Shown here in pieces: positions 58,107 through 64,000 of a DNA stretch of 64,000 nucleotides. Positions within the stretch are counted from its first letter, which is position 1. Each line of letters starts with the position of its first letter. The stretch is from Longimicrobiales bacterium (GTDB taxonomy: Bacteria; Gemmatimonadota; Gemmatimonadetes; Longimicrobiales; Gaopeijiaceae): the NCBI GenBank assembly GCA_965116905.1, contig OZ220732.1, forward strand, positions 960,001 through 1,024,000, written 5' to 3'. A program made the position numbers and the translations under genes. The notes beneath the pieces are model-generated. The model searched no databases. It saw only the letters and a program-made list of their open reading frames with translations, and was not told where the DNA came from.

Positions 58107-58299
58107 TCTCGCTATTTGCTTCCTCGCGCTGTCTGATCCGCCACCGGCCGGCGGACCAGTCCCGCTCTCGCGGGCGGTTGGTTGCTTGGTCGAACTTAGC
58201 GGATCGGCCCGATGTGGTCTAGCAGCCCGTGGACAAAATCCCCCCGGCATTCGAGCGGCGATGCATCCGGGCCGGATGCTCGGCCTCACCTCCTCGCGC

Positions 58300-58317
58300 T
58301 GTAAACCAAAGTTTACA
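58300..58317. promoter_or_regulatory. Perfect palindromic operator-like site
   Basis: TGTAAAC-CAAA-GTTTACA in the AT-rich divergent intergenic region. Confidence 0.55.
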
Positions 58318-58527
58318 ATATGTCATGTTTACTATACGTCTTGGTTTGTCGGGCCCGCACTCTGCGTTGCTCCTCGGGCCCGTAGCGCTGCTACTGGCCC
58401 TTCGTCGCGCCTTGCCGGCCCGGCGCCTCACCGCTCTCGGTGCTCGGGCGGCTTTGTCCACGGACTGCTAGCATTGGAATCGGGCGGTTTCTCACCGTTG
58501 AAGGGATCTCACAACCCGCGTTAGGAC

Positions 58528-59094
58528 ATGACCTCACACGGAACCTCGGCCACGACCTGGCTGGCGCTGCTTCGCGGCATCAATGTCGGCGGCAGGAACG
58601 TGATCCGGATGGCCGAACTGCGGGAGTGCTTCGAGTCGGAAGGTTTCCGCGATGTCGTGACATACATCCAGAGCGGGAACGTGATCTTCCGTTCGGTGTC
58701 GTCCGGGCCCGGTGCACTGACGACGCGGATCGAAGGGATGCTGGCGGGGGCGTTCGACTACAGGGCGAAAGTCACGTTGCGGTCACGCGGGCAGATGCGG
58801 GCGGTGGTCGACGAAGCGCCGGAGGGGTTCGGCGTCCGGCCGGATGTCTACCGTTACGATGTCCTTTTCCTGATGCCTCCGCTGATGGCGGCCGACGCCA
58901 TGGAGCATGTCGGCACCAGGCCCGGCGTCGACGAAGCCTGGGCGGGCGAAGGTGTTCTCTACTTCTCCCGACTCATCGCCAGGGCATCCCGGAGCCACCT
59001 CGGCCGTATCGCCTCGATGCCCGTGTACCAGAGCATGACGATCCGCAACTGGAAGACGACGAGCCGGCTGCTGCAGCTCATGGAGGGGCACTAG
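58528..59094 (+). CDS. DUF1697-family protein
   Basis: ALLRGINVGG, TYIQSGNVIF, TIRNWKT. Confidence 0.92.
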   Translation: MTSHGTSATTWLALLRGINVGGRNVIRMAELRECFESEGFRDVVTYIQSGNVIFRSVSSGPGALTTRIEGMLAGAFDYRAKVTLRSRGQMRAVVDEAPEGFGVRPDVYRYDVLFLMPPLMAADAMEHVGTRPGVDEAWAGEGVLYFSRLIARASRSHLGRIASMPVYQSMTIRNWKTTSRLLQLMEGH

Positions 59095-59756
59095 CAGCCC
59101 GGACTGCCGAGAGTGAGGGTCCACTCCGCCGGCCTTCCGCCGCGGCAGTGCTGCAGGGCGACGCGCCACTTCGTCCCGTCTGGAGCCGCCGTGACCCGCC
59201 AGCGGCTGACGGCGGCCCGCACCCCGGCCTCGGCTCCGCGCGACAGCATCAGTCCCAGCACGCCCGTCCCCTCGGCGGCCAGCATCAGGCGGCGCCCCGC
59301 TGCCAGGCCGGTCCCCCCGGTCTCGGCCACTACCCCCCGCACGGCCCGGCAGCGAAGCGCTTCCTCCATGGCCCACAGCATGTCGTCCCGGCGGCGCAGC
59401 CCCGACACGACCAGCAGCTGTCCCGCGCGGATCCCGTAGCGGACCAGCCCGGGAGCGTACAGGTCGTCGTCCCGGGCGAGCCACAGCAGCGCGCCGCGCC
59501 CGCCGCGCCTGCCGCGCGAGCCGCCGCATGCACGCGCCAGCAGAGCCGCGCAGAACCCGGTGGCGGCCTCATCTCCCGCCACCTCGTGGATGCAGCCCAG
59601 GCGCAGCCCGCCACCAGGGAGGGCGTGATCGATCTCGGGTACTCCCAACGGCAAACGCGGTTGCTCCGGCGATCCGGCTTCCTCGATTCCGCGGATCGCC
59701 CGGCGGAGCGCTTTCGCGGTGTCCCGCCGGCGCCGGTCCAAGGGTAAAGTGACCAT
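59091..59756 (-). CDS. imuA: ImuA (RecA/SulA-like mutagenesis protein)
   Basis: LGVPEIDHALPGGGL...IHEV, LYAPGL, LWAMEEALRC, RRLMLAAE, RWRV. Confidence 0.9.
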   Translation of the reverse strand: MVTLPLDRRRRDTAKALRRAIRGIEEAGSPEQPRLPLGVPEIDHALPGGGLRLGCIHEVAGDEAATGFCAALLARACGGSRGRRGGRGALLWLARDDDLYAPGLVRYGIRAGQLLVVSGLRRRDDMLWAMEEALRCRAVRGVVAETGGTGLAAGRRLMLAAEGTGVLGLMLSRGAEAGVRAAVSRWRVTAAPDGTKWRVALQHCRGGRPAEWTLTLGSPGC

Positions 59757-59765
59757 GGACCGGGC

Positions 59766-59794
59766 AAGATACCGAATAAATACCGTAATAGCAA
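59766..59794 (-). promoter_or_regulatory. imuA promoter with candidate damage-response operator
   Basis: TTGCTA-N17-TATCTT, 9 nt to the ATG; contains CGGTATTTATTCGGT. Confidence 0.7.
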
Positions 59795-59855
59795 GTCCAA
59801 CCGGGTTCGCCCCATGTTAGGAACCACATGTATTCCCCTCAGTCGGGAGACCCCA

Positions 59856-60278
59856 ATGTTGATCAGAGTTCTGCTGGGCGTGGCCCTGACGTTCACCTCG
59901 GGCTGCTCCCTCGCCCTTGTGAAGGGACCGCCGGACTTCATTCCCGCCGACGAGCCGGTGCCCCCTGAGTCGTGCACGATCGAGAGGGCGCTTCCCTTCC
60001 TGGACGCCGTCGGCGCCGGAGCCTTTCTCATCACGGCGCTCACCAGCTCCGACGGGGATGCCGTGAGGTTTGGCGCGGTCGGTAGCGGTGCGCTCGGCTT
60101 CTCGTCCTATACGGGCTTTCGCAGAGTGAAGCAGTGCAGGGAACGCATGTTCCAGATGCTGGAAACGCCTTCCCCCGATACCCTGTTCCCGAGATCGCTG
60201 GTCGAGATCGCCGATCCGCTTCTGGGTGCACCGCGGCCGTTCCGCGTCAACGACGGATCGCCGGACCGGTCCCGGTAG
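59856..60278 (+). CDS. Hypothetical lipoprotein
   Basis: GGGAG RBS, TSGC lipobox, hydrophobic hairpin flanked by a Cys pair. Confidence 0.65.
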   Translation: MLIRVLLGVALTFTSGCSLALVKGPPDFIPADEPVPPESCTIERALPFLDAVGAGAFLITALTSSDGDAVRFGAVGSGALGFSSYTGFRRVKQCRERMFQMLETPSPDTLFPRSLVEIADPLLGAPRPFRVNDGSPDRSR

Positions 60279-60291
60279 GCGCCGGCCGCGC

Positions 60292-61710
60292 ATGGGGAAG
60301 CCCGGCGTGAAGGAGAGCCGCTCGGCGTCCGGCCGCCGCACAGTCGTCGCTTCGCTCCACGACGAACTGCGCGACCGCTTCGGCGAGCGCTATTCCACCG
60401 CGGCCGCCGTCCGCGATCACCACGGCAAGGACGACTCGCACCACCCCGTGATTCCGCCCGACGGTGTGGTTTTCGCCGAGTCGACGGAAGAGGTTGCGTT
60501 CGCGGTGCGGGTTTGTGCGCGGCATGGAGTGCCGGTGATCCCGTTCGGGGCCGGCACCTCGATCGAGGGACACGTGCAGGCGGTGTGCGGCGGGATCTCG
60601 ATCGACATGAGCGGCATGAATCGCGTGCTGGCGGTCCGGCCGGACGACATGGATGCGACGGTCGAAGCGGGGGTGACGCGGATGCAACTCGACAGGGAGC
60701 TCCGCGGCACGGGCCTCTTCTTCCCGGTCGATCCGGGCGCCGACGCGACGCTGGGCGGCATGGCGGCCACGGGCGCGTCGGGGACCACCACCGTGCGGTA
60801 CGGCACCATGCGCGACAACGTGATCTCGCTCACCGCCGTGCTGGCGAGCGGCGAGGTAGTGCAGACCGGGGGACGCGCGAGGAAGTCGTCGGCAGGGTAC
60901 GATCTCACCAACCTCCTGGTCGGGTCGGAGGGGACCCTGGCGGTGATTACCGAGCTCACGGTGCGCCTGCACCCGGTCCCCGAGGCGATGGCCGCCGCCG
61001 TGTGTTCCTTCCCGGGACTGGATGGAGCCGTACGTACGGTGGTCGAAGCCGTACCCATGGGTGTCCCGCTCGCACGTGCGGAATTGCTGGATGCGACGGC
61101 GATGCGTGCGGTCAACCTCTACTCGGGATTCGACTATCCGGAGGCGCCCACCATGTTCTTCGAGTTCCACGGATCGGAGGATGACGTGCGGGCCCAGGGC
61201 GCCATAATGGAAGAGATCAGCCGCGGCCTCGGAGGGACCGCGTTCGAGTACGCGCGCAGACAGGACGAACGGGCCCGGTTGTGGAAGGCGCGCCACGACG
61301 CCTACCCGGCGCTGCTGGGGCTGAGGCCCGGCTGTCACGGCCTGACGACCGACGTCTGCGTACCCGTCTCACGTCTGGCCCGCTGTATTGCCGAGAGCGA
61401 GGAGGACCTGAAGACGGCTTCGATGCCGTGGGGCGTGGTGGGTCACGTCGGCGACGGCAACTTCCACGCGGTCTTCATCATCGACCCGGACTCGGAGGCG
61501 GAGCTGGCCGAAGCCGAAGCAATCAACGAGCGCATCGTGCGGCGCGCGATCGCCATGGAAGGCACCTGCACCGGCGAACACGGAATCGGCCTGGGGAAGA
61601 TCGGCTTCCTCGAGTCCGAGTTCGGGGCTTCGGGGTTGGCGGCGATGCGGGCTGTGAAGGCCGCGCTGGACCCTCAGGGGATCATGAATCCGGGGAAGGT
61701 CGTGGCCTGA
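60292..61710 (+). CDS. FAD-linked oxidase (D-lactate dehydrogenase/GlcD family)
   Basis: PFGAGTSIEG, PVDPGADA, GSEGTL, GHVGDGNFH, GEHGIG, NPGK. Confidence 0.93.
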   Translation: MGKPGVKESRSASGRRTVVASLHDELRDRFGERYSTAAAVRDHHGKDDSHHPVIPPDGVVFAESTEEVAFAVRVCARHGVPVIPFGAGTSIEGHVQAVCGGISIDMSGMNRVLAVRPDDMDATVEAGVTRMQLDRELRGTGLFFPVDPGADATLGGMAATGASGTTTVRYGTMRDNVISLTAVLASGEVVQTGGRARKSSAGYDLTNLLVGSEGTLAVITELTVRLHPVPEAMAAAVCSFPGLDGAVRTVVEAVPMGVPLARAELLDATAMRAVNLYSGFDYPEAPTMFFEFHGSEDDVRAQGAIMEEISRGLGGTAFEYARRQDERARLWKARHDAYPALLGLRPGCHGLTTDVCVPVSRLARCIAESEEDLKTASMPWGVVGHVGDGNFHAVFIIDPDSEAELAEAEAINERIVRRAIAMEGTCTGEHGIGLGKIGFLESEFGASGLAAMRAVKAALDPQGIMNPGKVVA

Positions 61711-63055
61711 GCCGGGGCAGCAGCACGCAGATGGAAATCAGGATCAGAGCGGCCGCAGCCGGCAATCCGGCCTGCGTTGCCCCGCCGGCGGGGGCGGCCG
61801 GCTCGAAGACGGGCACCTGCTCCCAGTCCACCTGAGCCACCGGTGTGGCCGAGAACAGGAACGGCTGGAAATGTTCCTTGAGGCGCTCGTGGTACCCCCG
61901 AACCGCTTCCTGGTAGGCGAGTTGGGTACCCAGGTCGGCTGAGGAGAGGCGGTCGAGCGCGATCTGGGTTGCAAGCGGCGGGACCAGCAGCGACCACCGG
62001 CGGGCCCACTCGTCCCGCCGTGTCAGGACCTCTCGGTAGGCGCGCGAGGCGTCCCGGGCGGCCTGGTCGCCCCGGTGATTCATCGCGTAGTACCACGCCC
62101 ATGTAAACTCGTCTTCGGGAACGGTCCGGTCGCTCCACTGCGGGTAGTCCTCGAAGAAGGACTCCATCGTTTCGGCCTTAGGAAGATCCCACGCTTCGTG
62201 ATACCCCTGGCGCTGGCGCACGGTCAGTTCCAGAGCTTCGGGGACGGGGTGCAGAATCGCATTCGTCAGGCTCAGGACCGCGGGAGCCAGAAAGGTGAGT
62301 GCCACCCAGACGCCGACCAGGATCATGGCATTGGCGGTCGAGGAGCGGCGTCCGCCGGCGATGCCCAGGCAGAGCGCGAACCAGAACAGGGCGTGGAGGG
62401 CGATCAGGGTGAATGCCCAGCCTGCACGGCCATCGGCGTCGACTCCTGCAAGGGACGCCCCGGCCAGGACCAGTGACGCGACCAGGCCCGCCGCGAGGAT
62501 CACACGCGCGGCGATCTTTGCGGCGATCAGCCGCCGGGGTCGGGCGAAGAGCCGGGCCATCCGCCACGTGCCCCGCTCCCGCTCGCCCGAAACGATGTCG
62601 TAGGTGACGGCTATGACGAAGAGCGGAAGCAGGGCGATGAGGATGAAGGTCAGGTCGATGTGCCCGGCGGCCGCGAGGCGCGGATTCAATGTCTCGTGTT
62701 CGTAGAGCTGTCCTTCGAGCGCCAGCAGCCGTATCCGCAGGCTGGCCGTCTCGACCGCCGTTCTGCCGCTCGCCAGTGCCGACAGTCGGGACGGTGGCTG
62801 GGGTGCCGGGAAGGCCAGGTAGTAAAGCGGTTCGCCCGCTTCCGTAGTCGGGGGATAGATGGACGACAGATACGCGAGCTGATCCCGGTAGGCGGTTTCG
62901 GCCGCTGCCGTGGCGGCTTCGGCGGCCTGGATTCTCTGCTTCGCCTGCCAGCCCGCATACACTCCCAGCCCCAGCAGGAGCAGCACCGCGGCCGCGGTGC
63001 CGCCGGAGCGGACCACCCGGGCGAATTCAAGCCGGATCAGGCGCATCCACGCCAT
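61682..63055 (-). CDS. DUF3526-type ABC-2 permease
   Basis: NPRLAAAGHIDLTF, SGERERGTW, large soluble loop. Confidence 0.85.
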   Translation of the reverse strand: MAWMRLIRLEFARVVRSGGTAAAVLLLLGLGVYAGWQAKQRIQAAEAATAAAETAYRDQLAYLSSIYPPTTEAGEPLYYLAFPAPQPPSRLSALASGRTAVETASLRIRLLALEGQLYEHETLNPRLAAAGHIDLTFILIALLPLFVIAVTYDIVSGERERGTWRMARLFARPRRLIAAKIAARVILAAGLVASLVLAGASLAGVDADGRAGWAFTLIALHALFWFALCLGIAGGRRSSTANAMILVGVWVALTFLAPAVLSLTNAILHPVPEALELTVRQRQGYHEAWDLPKAETMESFFEDYPQWSDRTVPEDEFTWAWYYAMNHRGDQAARDASRAYREVLTRRDEWARRWSLLVPPLATQIALDRLSSADLGTQLAYQEAVRGYHERLKEHFQPFLFSATPVAQVDWEQVPVFEPAAPAGGATQAGLPAAAALILISICVLLPRLRPRPSPDS

Positions 63056-63084
63056 CGCGCGTTCGGATCTCGTCGGGCCGGCCC

Positions 63085-64000
63085 TCACGATCCGGAGCCG
63101 TCCACACCCACACGGGGCAGACGCTTGCGACCCAGCCCGAGACCCGCGAGAGGAAGAACGATCCACAGCCCCAGTGCAGCCAGCGACTGAGGACGATCCG
63201 CCAGTGCCCGGCGTAGAGTCGGCGGTTCTGGCTGGAATACGGGGAATCGTGTCCATTCCTGGCGCGCGATGCGCTGGGCGCGGTCGTTCTCGTACCTGAT
63301 CTCGTGGACGTGGAGGTCGTTGAGGCGCTGGATGATGTCATACCGGTGGGCCTCGGCCTGCACCCGGAAAGCTTCGACGGCCTCCGCCCCGGTGCCCGCT
63401 GCCCCCATCGACAGGTCCCGCGCCGCCAGATAGGGAGAGAGCAGCCCGAGCCAGGCCATGACGCGGTCCTGTCGTCGTTGGGCGGCGAGCAGTTCCTGCT
63501 GTTGTTCCTCGTTGATCCGGCTGGTGACCTCCTCGCCCTCGCGGCTTACGACCCCTCCCCAGTTGATCGGAAGTTCCTCGACGGACTCCACCCCGTAACG
63601 CGCCAGGTACTCATCGCGGAGTGCCCTGAAGAAGGGGTCGTCCGGGTTGTGGCTGTCCCCCACTCCCCTCTGCGCCTCCTCGACCTGGGCGGTGAACTGC
63701 GCACGCGACGGTATGGGATGAAGTGTGCCCGCGAGGGAAGCACCGAGGCGCGGAGCGGCAACGCACAGCGCGACCCATATCGCAACGAGCTGGGCCAGAG
63801 CGGCCCGGGAAGAGGCTCTGCGTGACGAGATCCAGACGGTCAGCAGCACCCACCCGGCAAGATACACCGCGTAGGCTACCGCGAGCGCCAGCAACCGTGT
63901 GGCCGAGGCCTGGCCCTCGCCTCCGACAGCGACGAATGCGGCCGTGACCAGCCCGATCGGAAGGGCTGCCGCCGCGGCTACCGCTCCGACGGCCAGCACC
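63085..64000 (-). CDS. Second DUF3526-type ABC permease, 5' end outside the window
   Basis: DSHNPDDP, YGVESVEELPIN, SMGAAGT, QAEAHRY. Confidence 0.85.
   Translation of the reverse strand, partial: VLAVGAVAAAAALPIGLVTAAFVAVGGEGQASATRLLALAVAYAVYLAGWVLLTVWISSRRASSRAALAQLVAIWVALCVAAPRLGASLAGTLHPIPSRAQFTAQVEEAQRGVGDSHNPDDPFFRALRDEYLARYGVESVEELPINWGGVVSREGEEVTSRINEEQQQELLAAQRRQDRVMAWLGLLSPYLAARDLSMGAAGTGAEAVEAFRVQAEAHRYDIIQRLNDLHVHEIRYENDRAQRIARQEWTRFPVFQPEPPTLRRALADRPQSLAALGLWIVLPLAGLGLGRKRLPRVGVDGSGS

Noticed and set aside
475..61338. Many long antisense or alternate-frame ORFs (e.g. 475-2007, 2886-4565, 19046-21007, 24381-26459, 30823-33054)
   Set aside because: Shadow ORFs expected from high-GC codon bias; they overlap well-supported genes and carry no recognisable motifs.

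Overview
High-GC bacterial chromosomal window. The gene content (many secreted amidohydrolases, serine hydrolases, small TonB-plug lipoproteins, a plant-type LRR protein) suggests Gemmatimonadota, possibly a host-associated lineage; this is inference only. Left part: SARP/AAA and AraC regulators, DsbA, RDD, PduO, ferredoxin, M20 deacylase, MaoC plus acyl-CoA ligase, and a modABC operon with an XRE-PBP regulator. Middle: a GntR-associated peptide/D-amino-acid catabolic region interrupted by vapBC, then further hydrolases and apt. Right: a mutagenic imuA / imuB-dnaE2 cassette split by about 8 kb. Both halves have a sigma70-like promoter of identical geometry and share a 15-bp motif, a candidate SOS operator. 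The intervening DNA holds (i) a DUF222-HNH endonuclease gene bracketed by perfect 33-bp inverted repeats with no transposase, and (ii) an SH3 / PG-binding-TolA-like-LRR / MotA-ExbB operon facing a MotB/ExbD-like-TM plus Cys-rich plus vWA gene, a candidate proton-driven envelope machine. Also seen: a sigma54 promoter driving an unannotated 59-aa ORF with an ATT start, and a 5'-truncated hicA. I recognised no rRNA, tRNA or CRISPR array. All family assignments come from motif recognition by eye, not database searches.
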